Part shown: piece after piece, positions 15,359-29,640 of the stretch | Layout of the letters: the number at the start of each line of letters is the position of its first letter | How positions within the stretch are numbered: position 1 is the first letter of the stretch | From: Gracilinanus agilis | Taxonomy: Eukaryota | DNA length: 64,000 bases | Direction of reading: 5' to 3' | Assembly: GCF_016433145.1 (NCBI RefSeq) | Contig: NC_058133.1 | Coordinates: forward strand, 200,521,342 to 200,585,341 | The notes under the pieces: model-generated | What the model saw: only the letters and a program-made list of their open reading frames with translations | Databases searched by the model: none | Told to the model about the DNA's origin: nothing | Translations under genes and position numbers: made by a program

Positions 15359-15898
15359 AGGAAAAAGAATGTGACGTGATTTCTGAGGGCAATTCCAAAG
15401 AAGTTCTAAATATGTTTTGAGCAATAGGCATATCATTACAATTCATGTATAACTTAAAGTACATTTCATAGCAGCATTCCATTCTGTAGTCAGGCCCAAT
15501 GTTTCTGAACTTATTTCCATCAGTTGATGCTCTCCCCATTCCATGTAAAGGGTAAATGTGTTTGAAAAATGCTTATTTGCTTTATCAATCAAAAACAAGG
15601 TAATTGCTGGGAAATCACTGATGATCATGGTATTTAACACAACATCAAACATTAATAGCATTTAGTTCCATTTCCAAAGGTCACTTACACTACTGCCAAG
15701 GAAAAGGTTGAAGATATTGGAACTGCAGATCAATCAGCACACACTTGGCCAGAGTTAGATTTCTTAGCTGACAGCCCAAACTGACCTTTGGTTAAGAGAA
15801 ATTTGGCTCCCACAATCCACCTAAATACCACCCTCCTGCCTTGACAAGAGACTATTTCCAAGCTGTTCCTATAGAGGAGGTAAAAAATTTGCTACTTA

Positions 15899-16072
<174 letters not shown>

Positions 16073-16284
16073 TTATATAGTGTTTACTATGTGCCAGGTC
16101 CTTACAATAACTGGGAAGTAGGTGTTATTATTATCTCTATTTTATAACTGAGGCAAGCAGGGATAAAATGACTTGCCCAGCATCACATAGTTAGTAAGTG
16201 TCTGAGACTGGATTTGAGCCCAGTTCTCCTTGACTTCCAGTGTTGGCTTTCCACCTACATCAATATAGTTTATCCTCTGGAGAG

Positions 16285-16480
16285 GGGGGTCTTAATACTT
16301 GGGGGACTCATCAACGTGTATTTTAAATATTTTGATAGCTATATTTCACCATAATTGGTTTTCTCTGTAATTCTATTGTTTTATATTAAGACATCTAAAA
16401 ACGTTATTTTAAGAAGGGCTCTCTAGACTTCACCAGACTGCCACCAGAGTAGTCCCTGACAAAATAAAGGCTAAAAAAAT
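16285..16480 (-). mobile_element. Old hAT-Charlie-like DNA transposon remnant
   Basis: Reverse-complement similarity to 29525-29640 (AAACCAATTAT segment; ACCAGACTGCCA vs TGGCATGCTCGT). Confidence 0.45.
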
Positions 16481-17798
16481 AGTGTCACTATCCTGCTCTG
16501 AAGAATTGTTTCCAAAGAGGATGATGGGTCAACAGAAAGAGTAAAGGGTCACCTTGCCTTTTGGGCTGTGTAAACCTGTGATTTCATGAGAGAGGGAGCC
16601 GTTGTGTGAGGAATTCCCCTCACCAACAGAGGCAGACCTGAACCTGTTCTTGTCTGAGAAAGGTGAAGAAAGAACTTACCCAGGGTCATACAATCAACCA
16701 GTGTCAAGAGATAGACCTTGAACGCAGGGCTTCCCCCTGCTCTGAAGCTAACTCTCCAAGCACTACCCTAGTGTGCTCTATTCAATTCAGTAAATATTGA
16801 GAAAGCACCTATTGCTATTTGCAAAGCACCATATGAGGTAAATAAAACAACAGTTGCTGAATCTGGAGAGCTTACAATGTAGGAGAGATAAGACAAATAT
16901 ACAAAGAACTCTGATATAAATCATGACATCTTTCAGAATGGGATAAATGAACAGGATCATACAATCAGTGATCAAAGGGTGATCAAAGGATGAAGAGTTT
17001 AGAAAGACCACTTTGCCATCATGAAGGCCCAAGTGAAGTTCTATAACATAAATATATAGTGAACCCAGTTGGTATCATTTTGCGATTTTCCTAGCTTCAT
17101 ACATGTTCTTTTGTGTTTTATATTAGCATGTTATTTCCTCATATCTAAGCAACAGTTCCTTTAAGGGAGGCCGTATGGAACTTAATATAGGCCTCTGTAT
17201 GTAGTCTGTGCTTCAGAGGAATGAATGTTCAAAAATGTTGACTGACAATGTTTGGTAAGGCAAGCACACTCTCAAAGACTCTGTAGAACCTGTGACTCTG
17301 GTGTGTTAGGGACAGAGCAGACATCTGCTCCATGGGCTAACTATGTAAGTCACATCACTTGTTTTGAAGGATAATAACACTGGAAAGGATAAACACACTG
17401 GAAATACTAACTTTTTAAAGCCAATCTATATTATAATAGGGTTATAGAGGAAATTAAAGTCAACTGAGGTACATGTCCAAAAGAATTAGGAAAAAATGAT
17501 CAATCCATATGAGCCTCCAAATTAACATCCAGGAAACTGTTGATCCCTCAACATAAATAATAGCCTATTTTTACATAACATTTTACAGTTACCAAAGCAT
17601 TCTGCATACATTATCTCATTTGATTCTAATAAAAACTCTCTAAGCTAAGTATTGCCAGTATTATCACCCCCATTTTGTAGATAAGAAAGCTAAGGTTCAG
17701 AGGTTAAGTGATTAAACTAGTGTGAGGGGATGATTTGAACTCCAGGCTCCTCCAAGTCCAGGACTCTTTCCACTAAGCTGGTCTGCCTCAGTAATCTA

Positions 17799-18020
<222 letters not shown>

Positions 18021-18369
18021 CTACAAATGGCCAACACATCTTTATTTAATAAGGGCGAACTATAATAGGAGAGATAAGTAAAAAAAAGCATTGATTTTCA
18101 TTCAGCTTATTAGCCCTGTTGAGTCTGGGGCCAGTTAGCTCAGTTGGCGAGAAAAGGATCCTAATGAAGCCAGTATGGAAGTTCCAAACCCTACATGAGC
18201 CAGTTAATTACACAGAGAGAAGAAAAAGATTCCACAGCAGGAATACTTGCTTAACTTTATCCAGATAGATATTAATAATGTTTATTACTAATTATAAGAG
18301 GGAATAACCAGATGAGAGAAAAAGAAATAGAAAATACTAATGGAAAAACAACCCACAAGTACACGATCC

Positions 18370-20172
18370 GACTTCCGGGCTAAGATGGCTGCAGAGTAGT
18401 AGCAAGGGGCTCTTTCTCTCACCACTAACCGATATAAAAAGCCTCAAAAGGACAAAAAGCAAAATCAGATGAGCAAAGGGGCTCTACTGTAAGGCACAGA
18501 CTTGAAGGTAGGCAGGGTTTGGGCATTTCCATACTATAAGAGGATAAAATTACTCATACCAAAGTGTGAGCTGATCACCCCTCCTCCACTACTCTTACCA
18601 CACCAGTCAGAGCACACCAGAGTCAGAGCAAGCATAGGGCAATTGCTAGTTTTGGGAGGTGGGATGGGGACCTGGCTGAGGACACCACAGACCTACTCCT
18701 GAGAGCAGTGAGACCTAGGACCCCAGGAGGCTGAAAAACACAGAACTTGGGCACAGAAACAGGGCAAAGAGAAGCTGTCCACAGCAGACACAGTGGAGAC
18801 TGAAAAACAGCCTCAGGGCAAAACCATGCTGAAGCTCGAAACACAGAGAGCTGTCTACCCTCCTCACTCAGACTTCTGGCTGGGAAAGGAAGAAAAAAAC
18901 TAAAAAAGCAATGGCCAACACCCAAGAACTACTATCTATAACTATCAAAAAAAATAAGAAAAAGCCTTTGACTCTGGATAATTTCTACTTAAAGAAACAC
19001 AAACTACAGAGGAGACAGCAGAGGATGAAAAACAAGTAAACACATCCAAACTTTCAAAAAAAATGGAAATTGGTCACAAGCTCTCTAAGAAATCAGGCTG
19101 GAATTTGAGAATCAAGTGAAAAAGTTAGGAGAAACTTGGCAAGAAAAGTGAGAAATAGTTCAAAAAGAAAATAAAAGCTTAAAAGACAAAATCTCCCACT
19201 TGGAAAAAGAAGCCCAGAAATCAAATGAAATGACAAGCAAATTGAAGACCAGAAATGACCTGCTGGAAGCCATGAAAAGCAGGACAGACCAAACCAAAAA
19301 GGAAAATCAAAGGATTATAATTGAAAACCAGTCTTTAAAGACTAGAATTGGGCAAGTAGAAGCTAATGATCTCATAAGACAATAAGAATTAATAAAGCAA
19401 AGTTTTAAAAAATGGCAAAATAGAAGGAAATATGAAACATCTCATTGAGAAAATGAAAGATTTGGAAAACATGTCAAGGAAAGACAACTTGAGAAACAAA
19501 GGTCTACCGAAAACCCAGAAATAAACAGAAACTTTGACATCAAATTACAAGAAATTATCCAAGAAAACTGATGTTCTCGAACAAGAGGGCAAAATAGACA
19601 TTGAAAGAGCTCATAGATCACCCTCTATACCAGTGGTTCCCAAACTTTTTTGGCTTACCGCCCCCTTTCCAGAAAAAAATATTACTTAGCACCCCTGGAA
19701 ATTAATTGTTTTCAATTTTAATAGCAATTAATAGGAAAGATAAATGCACCTGTGGCCATCACTGCCCCCCTGGATCGCTGCAGCACCCACCAGGGGGTGT
19801 TGGTGCCCACTTTGGGAATCACTGCTATTTACTAAATCCTCAAAAGACAACCTCCAGGAATGCAATTGCCAAATTCAAGAGCTTCCAAGTTAAGAAGAAA
19901 ATATTGCAAGAAGCCAGAAAGAGAATTCAGATATCAAGGAATACCAATCAGGATTACACAGGATCTGGCAGCCTCCATCCTAAAGGACCACAAGGCTTGG
20001 AAAATAATATTCAGAAAGGCAAGAGAATTGGGTCTACAATCAAGGATCACCTACCCATCAAAACTGACTATATACTTCCAGGGGAAAGTATGGGCATTTA
20101 ACAAAATAGAAGATTTCCAAGTATTTGTAAAGAAAAGACCAGAACTAAATTGGAAAATTTGATGTCCAAACA
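18370..20172 (+). mobile_element. L1 5'UTR plus degenerate ORF1, interrupted by a hAT MITE and cut by a solo LTR
   Basis: 5' start GACTTCCGG...AAGATGGC; ORF1 fragments (IRITQDLAASILKDHKAWKIIFRKARELGLQSRITYPSKL) with stops and frameshifts. Confidence 0.9.
19631..19824. mobile_element. Non-autonomous hAT DNA transposon (MITE, 194 bp)
   Basis: TIRs CAGTGGTTCCCAAA / TTTGGGAATCACTG; 8-bp TSD CTCTATAC / CTATTTAC (6/8). Confidence 0.9.
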
Positions 20173-21052
20173 TGTGGAAGGCCAATTGGAGAAACAGGGT
20201 CATGCTAGGGCCTGTTATCTGGATTCCCTACGTGACCAATCCAGGCTGAGGCAGTCTTTGTGTTTGGTCCTGGTAACCTGAGCCCTGAAAAGCTCTGGTA
20301 CCAGCAGGTTGGTTAATCCAAAAACAACCTGACCCCTCCAGGAGGCTATTGGAAGTCATTTAGAGAAATAGAGTCTGTAATAGATATTTTATCTGGATCC
20401 CATTACAAAATCATCAGCAAGTAAAACTGTGTGTATGACTTTTTCTGCACTGCATGTCAGGACGCAGACAGAATGGGTTATCTAAGGTAAAAATCTGAGA
20501 CTCCTCTTTTGACTCCTTTTCAGATCCCCACCTTTTCTTAATATTCTTATTGGAAAGCTTTGAGTCCTTAGCAGACCAGCAGCTACTGAGTTAACAATTT
20601 CTCTCCTTGATAATTAAGAAGCCTAAACTCCAAAAAATATATTATTTAGATAATCAAGGCTGGAGACAGACAAAGCTAAATAAGACTTTATCTGACCAGG
20701 TGCAATCCTATAAATCAAGAGTACAGGACTCAATTAGTAAGAATCTCTATGAAATATATTTCTGCTCCCAGAATTAACCTCCTACTAATTGGTGCTTGGA
20801 ATTTGGCCTTTGACCCTGTAACTATCTCTCTACTTTTTAGACTTTAATGGGTTTTGTATAATTTGTAACCTCTTCACAGCTGTGATTCTTTCTCTGTGCT
20901 CTTTGTGTGAAACCAGTATATATTAAACTCAAGACTCCATGGCAAGTTGGAGCAGTTATGAGCTAAGCAGTTAGTCTGACTGTTCTCATTCAATCTGACA
21001 CCACTAAATGTCACTCTGAACCCCCAGAAATATAGAGCTGGTTCTCTATACA
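20173..21052 (+). mobile_element. Solo ERV LTR (880 bp) inserted in L1 ORF1
   Basis: TG...CA termini with a perfect 4-bp TSD AACA; similar to 30430-30867. Confidence 0.8.
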
Positions 21053-24000
21053 AACACAAGTACATGATCTATTGACCATCAGTAGCATTATAGGATTCTC
21101 ATATGACATTATTTACTACTTATAAATTTTTGGGAGTGTGAATGGGCTGCTGAATTCTTTTTATCTATTATGTTATATGTTATATATATATATACCCTAA
21201 GTCCCTACCTGAGGTCCAGATGACAGGAAAAGGTATAGGTTTGAAAGAGCTCTATTATTTTCCCTCTAAATCTTCCCTTCTTCTGAACTATCAGTATTGA
21301 GGGTACCATCAAACGCCCAGTCATCCAGGGTCCACAGCCTTGATATCAACCTCAGCTTACTCTTTCTCGCCCGACAGATCTAATGCATTGCTTCTCTTGT
21401 CTTATCTACATATATAATATCTCTCATATACATGCTCTGTTCACATAACTACCTACCCCTCTGGTTCAGGCCCTCATCACCTCTTGCCTGGACTACAGCA
21501 ATAGCTGTCTAATTGGTCTACCTACTTCCTCCCCAATCTATCCTCCCTTCAGGAAAGATTTCCTAAAGTGGAAGTTTCACCATGTCACTGCCCCAACACC
21601 TACAAAATAAACGAGTAGCTTCTTACCATGACCGGGACAAATATAAATTCTGTTTGGCATTTGACATTCTTCAAACCTGCTCGTTTCCTTCTTTTCCAGC
21701 CTGCTTTCTTATACTTACTTCTCTATGCATTCATGGTTATGGCCACACTAGCCACTTCCTGTTCTTTGCACTCAATAGGTCTTGCCTCATCTCAGACCTT
21801 TGGACTGGATCCCCCATGCCCAGAATGCTCTTACTCCCCACCTCTGTCTCTTAATTTCCTTGGTTTTCTTTAAGACTCAATTCAAATCATACTTGCCTTC
21901 CTCTCTGTGTGAATCTTATATACATGTGGTTATTTTCATGTAAGTCTCTAGAATGTGAGCTCCTTAGGGACAAGAATTGTTTCACCCTTTCTTTGTATCC
22001 CCAGGGCTTAGCATGGTGCCTGGCACATAGTAGAGCAAGTGTTTAATAATGCTTATCAATTGACTTTCCTTTTTAAAACTAACTTTTATTTTTATTCTGA
22101 ATTTAACAAATACCAAAGAAGCATGGGCATTTGCATGAACACATGTGCACACACACAAATACATATGAGTATATAATGCAAGAAAGAAAACAGAAAAAGA
22201 GGACTGTACATGAAACTAGCTATCATATACAGCTTGCTTTTCTTTTTAAGGATATAAGATCAGTCTGCAGTTTTCAAAGCTGTCTCACTTGTCTGGTTAT
22301 CTTTCTGTTCCATTTTTTAAAGAAATGCCTCAATGACCCTCTTTTCTTTCTTTGCTATCTTCTCCAGAGCCCTCTCTCTTAGGGAAAAAGAAAAACAAAC
22401 ATCTTATAACAAATATACACAGTTAAGCAAAATAAACTCCTACTAGCTAAGCCTGGCTGACTTTCACTTGGTCTCTCTAAGAGAGATAAACCTTAGAAGT
22501 CATTTAATTCAATTATCAGGAAATTCCTTCTACAACATTTAATTTTAGGAACATTTAGTAAGTTACCTACCATGCATACTATGCTTAATGCTGGAGATAC
22601 AAAAAGACAAACCAATTGCAGCTCTAGGTGTATATAAAAACCTGCATACAGATAAGCAAATACAAGATATATACAAAATATAAGGGATTTGGGGAAGGGT
22701 ACTAACACCTGGAAGAATTGTCATTTGAGTGGAGGAAATAACAAGTTTCAAGGAGGACATCCAAGATGAATGGTTATTTAGCCTCTACTCGACCATTTCC
22801 AATGAGAGACAGTTTATTCACTATATAAAGTAGTAGGAATAATTGCTATCAGTTTTGTTTTTTTCCTCTCTGCAAGCTAGAAATTTCAGGGTGAAGCCAA
22901 CATGGCTTGAGTTCTTCCAAATTTCCCTCCAAACAACTTTAAAATAAAGCCTCAAAATGAACTCTGAATGGACAGAATGAAACAATTTTTTAGCCCAAGA
23001 CAACTTGGGAAGGTGGCAGAAGTCTGCTTCACTAGGGTAAGAATGGAGTTCTGTTCCATTAAGGCTGAGCCCTGGAAAATAGGTTGGAAAAATAAGCAAA
23101 TAACAAAAAAAGAATCTGACTATCGAAGGCTACTACAGTAACAGAGAAGATGAAAACACAAACTCAGAAGAAGAGCACAAAGTCAAAACAGTTACATTCA
23201 AAGCCTCAAAGGAAAACTGTAAATTGGCCTCAGGCCCAAAAAGAATTCCTGGAAGAGTTTAAAAAAGATTTTTTAAAAAATCAAATAAAAAAGGGAAAGG
23301 AAAAATTGGGTAGAGAAATAAGAGTGAGGCAAGAAAATCATGAAAAAAGTCAACAGCTTGGTAAAGGAGGCACAAAAAATACTTAAGAAAGTAATATCTT
23401 TAAAAAAATAGGCCAAATGGTAACAGAAGCACAAAAATTCACTAAAAAGAACTCTTTAAAAAGCAGAATTAGCCACATGGAAAAAGTTGTACAGCAATAC
23501 ATTGAAGAGAACTCCTTAAAAAGCAGAATTGGCTAAAAGGAAAAGGAGGTACAAAATTTCACTGAAGAAAATAATTTTTTAAAAACCAGAATTGGACAAG
23601 TGGAAGCAAATGATTCCATGAGACATCAACAAACTTCAAAACAAGATCAAAAGAATGAAACAATTGAAGAAAAGGTGAAATATCTCATTGTAAAAACAAC
23701 TGACCTGGAATTTAAGATAATTTAGAATATTAATATTATTATATCTTATATATGATATAATTATTATGTGTAAGACTATTATGATAATTTAAGAATTACT
23801 GAACCAACAGGAAAGCCATGACCAAAGAAATAACCTAGACATCATCCTCCAAGAAATTAATGGGATAGATAGGTGTCTCAGTGGAAAGAGAGCCAAGTCT
23901 AGAGACAGGAGGTCTAGGTTCAAATCTGGCCTCAGATACTTCCTAGCTGTATAACTCTAGGCAAGTGACTTACTTAACCCCAACTGCGTAGTCCTTATCT

Positions 24001-25659
24001 CTCTTCTGCCTTGGAATCAAAACTGAGTATCAATTCTAAGATAAAAGGTAAGGGTTTAAAAAAATTTTTTTAAAGAAAAGACATTATCAAGGAAAAACCA
24101 CCCTGATATCCTAGAATGAGAGGGTAAAATAAAAATTGAAAGATTCCACCAATCACTTTCAGAAAGAAATCCCAAAATGAAAACTTCCAGGAGTATTAGT
24201 AATCAAATTCCAAAGCTACTAGGTCAAGGAGAAAATACTGCAAGCAGCCAGAAAGAAATAATTCAAATATTGTAGAGCCACAGATAGGATAATACAAGAT
24301 TTAACAATATCTTTATAAAAGGATCAGAGGGCTTGGAATATAATATTCCAGAGGGCAAAGGAGGTGGGATTATAACCATGAATCACCTATTCAACAAAAT
24401 AGCATAATACTTCAGGAGGAAAAGTGGTTATTTAATGTAATAGAGGACTTTTAGGCATTACTAATTAAAAGACTAAAGCTGCCATTTAAATACAAGACTC
24501 TAGAGAAGCATAAAAAGGTAGAAAGGAAAGAGAAACCATAAGGGAATCAAAAAGATTAAACTGTTTACATTCCTGTACTGGAAGATGTCACATGCAACTC
24601 CTAACAACTTTTATCATTAGTAGGCTGTTAGAAAGAGTATAGATAGAGCAAATGGGTGTGAGAAAACTATCATTGGATAATATCTAAAAAAAAAAAAAAA
24701 TTTAATTAAAGGGTAAGGAAGGATACACCAGGAGAAGGTGAAAGGGAGAAGCAAAATGGGGTAGATTGTTTCATATAAAAGACGCAAGCAAGGAAGAGCT
24801 TATACAGTGGAAGGGAAGATGGGCAGCAGTGGAGGGGAGTTAGGACAATTCTTTTATCTTATTCTCATCAAAACTGGCTCAGAAAAAGAATAATACACTC
24901 AGCTACATATAGAAATCTATCTTATTCTACAAGACTAGGAGGGGAAGAGGATAATAAAAGCAAGGACAGATTGAGGGAGGCAGCAATTAGAAGCAAAACA
25001 CTTTTGAGGAGGGCCAGAGTGAAATGGGTAAGAAAAGGATAAACAGGAAAAAATGAGAGGGAGGGAAAAATAGTAATTATAATTGTGAGAAAAAATTTCA
25101 GCAAGTTTTTCTGATAAAAGTTCTTATTTCTCAAATACACAGAGAACTGATTCAAATTTATAAGAATACAAGTCATTCCCCAATAAATAAATGGCCAAAA
25201 GATATGTACTGGTATTTTCAGAAGAAGAAATCAAAGCTATCTATAATTATGTGAAAAAATGCTCTAAATTACTATTGATTAGAGATGCAAATTAAAACAA
25301 TTCTTTGGTTACTACATCACACATATCAGATAATAAGACAGAAAAAGAAAAATGAAAAATATTGGAATGGATGTGGCAAAATTAGGATGCTAATACACTG
25401 TGGGTAGAGTTATGAACTGATCTAACTGTTCTGGAAAGTAATTTAAATATATGCCAAAAAGCATATCCTTTGACCTAGCAATACCTCTACTAGGTCTTTA
25501 ATCCAAAGAGATTTTTTTTTAAATATAAAAGAAAAGGACAAAAATATTTATAGCAGCTCTTTTTATGGTGGCAAAAAATTGGCAATTGTAGGGATGTCCA
25601 TCCACCGGGAAATGGCTAAACAAGTTGGGTTAATAAGACTGTGAAAAAACACTATTGTA

Positions 25660-27530
25660 CTACAAGAAATGCCAAGAATTCATCTGGAAGAACAAAAGAG
25701 CAAGAATATCAAGGGAATTAATGAAAAGAAATGTGAAGGCAGGTGGCCTAGCAGTACCAGATCTCAAACTGTAATATAAAGCAGAAATCATCAAAACAAT
25801 CTGGTACCGTCTAAGAAATAGAGTGGCGGGTCAATGGAATAGATTAGGGGTAAATGACATTAGCAATCTAGAGTTTGATAAACCCAAAGATGTCAGTTTT
25901 TGGGATAAGATCTCACTATTTGACAGAAATTACTGGGAAAACTAGAGAACGGTATGGCAGAAACGAAGTATGGACAAGTATTTCACACACTATGCCCATG
26001 ATGGCAAACCTATGGCGCACGTGCCAAAGATGGTACACAGAGAACTCTCTGTGGGCATATGTGCGGTCACCCACCAGAGTGAGTTACTAGGAAGGCAGAG
26101 GGACTAGGGTGGAGCTGCTCCCTTCTCACCTCTCCAGGCACACCTCTTATTACCCACCCCTCTGCCCAGCAGCCCAAAAGAAGTGCTTATTCCCTCTCTT
26201 GAGTGGAGCACCTGGGCTACTCCCCTCCCTTTCTCCCTGTCTGGGGTAAGGTGTGGGGGAGGGCACTGGGGAGAAGAGGGCACAACAAGCAGTCTGGGGT
26301 GGGGCATGGCATGCAGTCTCTAAAAGTTTGCCATCATTGCCCTATACCAAGATAAGGTTAAAGTGGGAATATGACTTAGACATAGGAGGTGATATCATAA
26401 GTAAATTAGGAGAATGCAGAATAGTTTCCTGACAGATCTATGGAGAAGGGAAGAATTTAAGACCAAATGAGAGAACATTATAAAATGTAAAATGAATAAT
26501 TCTGACTTTATTAAAATAAATTGAAAAGTTTTTGTACAAAAAACCCAATGTAACCAAGATTAAAAGAGAAGCAACAAACTGGGAAAAAAATTTTATAGCA
26601 AATTTCTCTGATAAAGGTCTGTTTTCTCAAAAATAAAGAGAACTAAATCAAATTTACAAGAACACAAACCATTCTCTAATTGATGAATGATCAAAAAACA
26701 AGCAGTTTTCAGATGAAGAAATCAAAGGTATCAATAATCACATTGAAAAAAGGTTCTAAATTACTCTTGTTTAGAAATAACTCTGAGGTACCACCTCACA
26801 CCTATCAGATCTGTTAATATGACAATAAAGGAAAGTAATAAATGTTGAAGGGAATATGGCAAAATTGGGAGAGTAATCCATTGTTGGTGAAGTTGTGAAT
26901 TGATCCAATCATTCTGAAGGGCAATTTAGAAATATGCCCAAAGGCTATAAAACTGTGCATAACCTTTCATCCAGTGGGTCTATGTCCCAAAAAGATTTAA
27001 AAAAAAAAAAAAAAAAAAAAGGGTGAAAGGATCTACTTGTACACAAATATTTATAGCATCTTTTTGTGGTGGTAAAGAATTGGAAATTAAGGGGATGCCC
27101 ATCAGTTGGGGAATGGATAAATAAATTGTGGTATATGATTGTGATGGAACACTATTGTGCTGTAAGAAATGATGAACAGGATGATTTCAGAAAAAGCTGG
27201 GAAGACCTACATGAACTGATGCAAAGAGAAAGAACTGTTGGAGTTGGAATGCAGATGAAAGCATATGATTTTTCACTTTAGTTTATTTGTGGGTTTTGGT
27301 TTTATATGAATATTCTCTTGTAAAAATAAAAAATATGGAAATTATTTGCATGATAATAAATGTATAACCCAGATCAAATTGCTTGTCAACTTTGGAAAAG
27401 GGGAGAAAAAAAAGGTGGGAGACAGTTTGAATCATATAACTTTAGAAAACTTATGTGGAAAATTGTTATTATATGTAATTGTTAAAATAAAATATCTTTT
27501 AAAAAGAATAAATAAAATATCTTTTTAAAA
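25660..27530 (+). mobile_element. 5'-truncated L1 nested within the older L1
   Basis: ORF2 3' sequence restarts at 25660 and re-covers the region already seen at 25090-25657; A-rich end; AAATGCCAAG / AAATTCCAAG at the junctions. Confidence 0.7.
25996..26339. mobile_element. Non-autonomous hAT DNA transposon (344 bp), OposCharlie-like termini
   Basis: TIRs CCATGATGGCAAACC / AGTTTGCCATCATTG; 8-bp TSD CACTATGC / CCCTATAC (6/8) interrupting the L1 sequence CACACCCTATACCAAG. Confidence 0.85.
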
Positions 27531-28089
27531 AATTCCAAGCAAGATGCTTTTGGAAAAACCTGGAAAGACTTACATGAACTGATACAAAGTGAACAGAACT
27601 ATAACAACAGTGTACACACTAATAGCAATATTGTACAATGATCAACTGTGAATGACTTAGCTATTCTCAGTAATATAATGATCCAACACAATTCTGAAGG
27701 ACTTTTGAAGAAAAAAGCTACCGCCAGAGTAAGAACCAATGGAGTCTGAATATAGATAAAAGTATACTCTTTAAAACTTTTTTTTTGGTCTTGACTACAT
27801 GGAAATGTTTTGCATGACTGACCATATATAATTCATATCAAATTGCTTGTCCTCTCAACAAGGGAAAGGGGAACAGAGGGAGGGGGAGAAATTGGAATTT
27901 AAACTAAAAAATGATTAAAATTTACATGCAATTGGAAAAAAATTAAAAAATAAATTGCTTGGATTATATTTTCAGTTTTTGATAGCTTGACTGGTTTGAT
28001 GGATTTTTCCCCTCTTTTTCTTTTAAAGATTATTTTGGACAAACGTGCCTAAAACCCAGAATCCTATTTTCTTTGACACCAGACAATAC

Positions 28090-29330
28090 ATTTAGATGGG
28101 TTTAGAGCTACTTAAAGGGCCAGATTGAATGGTTCACTCCACATTGACATGAGGTTGCCAGTGGAGAATCCTGGTTCTATTACTATTTAATATTTTTATC
28201 ACTGCCTCATTAAATCTCCAGATAACACCAAGTTAGGAGAGATAGCTAACACATTAGGATCACAATCTAAAGGATCTAGAAAGATCTTGACAAGATACAG
28301 GCTGAATCTAATAATATAGAATTAACGAAATCACAGGATCATCAATCCAGAGTTGGAAGGGATGCCAGGGGCCATCGAGTTCAACTCCTTTAATTTATTG
28401 ATAAGGAAACTGAGGTCCATGGAGGTCAAATTAATTTCCCAAAGTGATTCAGATGGCAGCATTAAGAGGCAGGATTTAAATATAGGTTCTCTGACCCCTG
28501 CTTCAAAAGTATAAGATAGGGAGGCATGGTTGGAGAGTTTGTCTAAAAAAAGTCTAGGTGATTTTAGTAGCCTTCAATTTCAAATGAGTGACCAGTGTTG
28601 TCTGGTAGTCAAAAAAGGTAGGGTGAATTAACAGAGGCATAGTTTGCTTTCAGGAATAAAGATGTTATGGACTCCTTGTCCTCAGTTTTAGTACAGACCA
28701 AATACAGAATGAACAGGATTTAAGAGGACTCCAACTAGCTTTATACTTTGATATCTAACTAGATGGTTCTTTTTTTCTAATTATATTTCAACTCTAGGTA
28801 CCACGGTTTAAGAATATTGATTTATTTTAAAAGTTAAAAAAAAAGGGATAGTATTAACCTTTTGTTTCATGTTTCCTCTGCTAAAAAGAATGAAGAGAAG
28901 AGGAAGGTGCTAAGGACACTGATGATCTAGAAATCATACTGAGGAGGGCAACTAGCATGATGAAAAGCTTTGAGTCCATGTCATATGACAGCTTTGGTGA
29001 ATGTTTTTGAGTTTGCCTGCTCAAACTGCAACTTCAAGTTACCTGTGATCCCCTCTGCATTACCTCAGAGAGCAGAGGGAGGAAATGCTCACTTTGGATG
29101 GCTGGACAGAGGGATGAGGCATGCAAAAAATGTCCTCAGGTGCTAGGAAGAGGGGAAATGGAGCAGCTCCCCTGTGCTGGCCCAGCATGCGTGCCAATAC
29201 TTCACCAACATTATCATATGAGGACAAGATGAAGGAATTAAGGATATTTAACCTAAAAAAAAGAAAACTCAGGGAAAATATGATAGCTGCCTTCAAGTGT
29301 TTGAAGGGATGTCACATATAAAAAGGATTA
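28090..29330 (+). mobile_element. CR1/L3 LINE fragments (degenerate)
   Basis: LSYEDKMKELRIFNLKKRKLRENMIAAFKCLKG resembles the CR1 ORF2 C-terminus; RT-like remnants at 28100-28330. Confidence 0.7.
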
Positions 29331-29524
29331 TGCCGGATGTTCAATAAACTACAAGGGCACTCATTATTCAGGGCAGCTAGATAGCTCAGTTGATAAAGAG
29401 TAAGGCCTGGAGATATGACTCCTGGGTTTAAATCTGACCTCAGATACTTCCTAGCTGTTTGACCCTAGGCAAGTCATGTCATAAATTCAAGGAGATGGGA
29501 ATATCTCTCACAACTATTGACAGA

Positions 29525-29640
29525 ACAGGGATTCTTAACCTTTTTGGTGGCATGGACCCCTTTGGCATGCTCGTGAAGTCCACGAATCTTTTTCAGAATG
29601 TTAATAAAATAAAATAAAATGTTAAAAAGAAACCAATTAT
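29525..29640 (+). mobile_element. Old hAT-Charlie-like remnant interrupted by a SINE
   Basis: Starts with hAT-like terminus CAGGGATTCTTAACCTTTTTG. Confidence 0.5.

Larger units (their letters stand above)
22880..27950 (+). mobile_element. Old, internally deleted L1 (5' part, ORF1 with tandem coiled-coil repeats, 3' end) carrying nested insertions
   Basis: ORF1-like 23150-24500; 3' part 25090-25657 resumes at about 27535. Confidence 0.8.

Noticed and set aside
18128-18215. tRNA-Ile-like sequence GGCCAGTTAGCTCAGTTGG...
   Set aside because: The D-arm start is recognisable, but the anticodon, T-arm and acceptor stem are degenerate; better explained as an old tRNA-derived SINE head (a weaker copy is at about 6244)
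19200-20162. L1 ORF1 fragments as an active retrotransposon
   Set aside because: Stops, frameshifts, MITE and LTR insertions, and no ORF2
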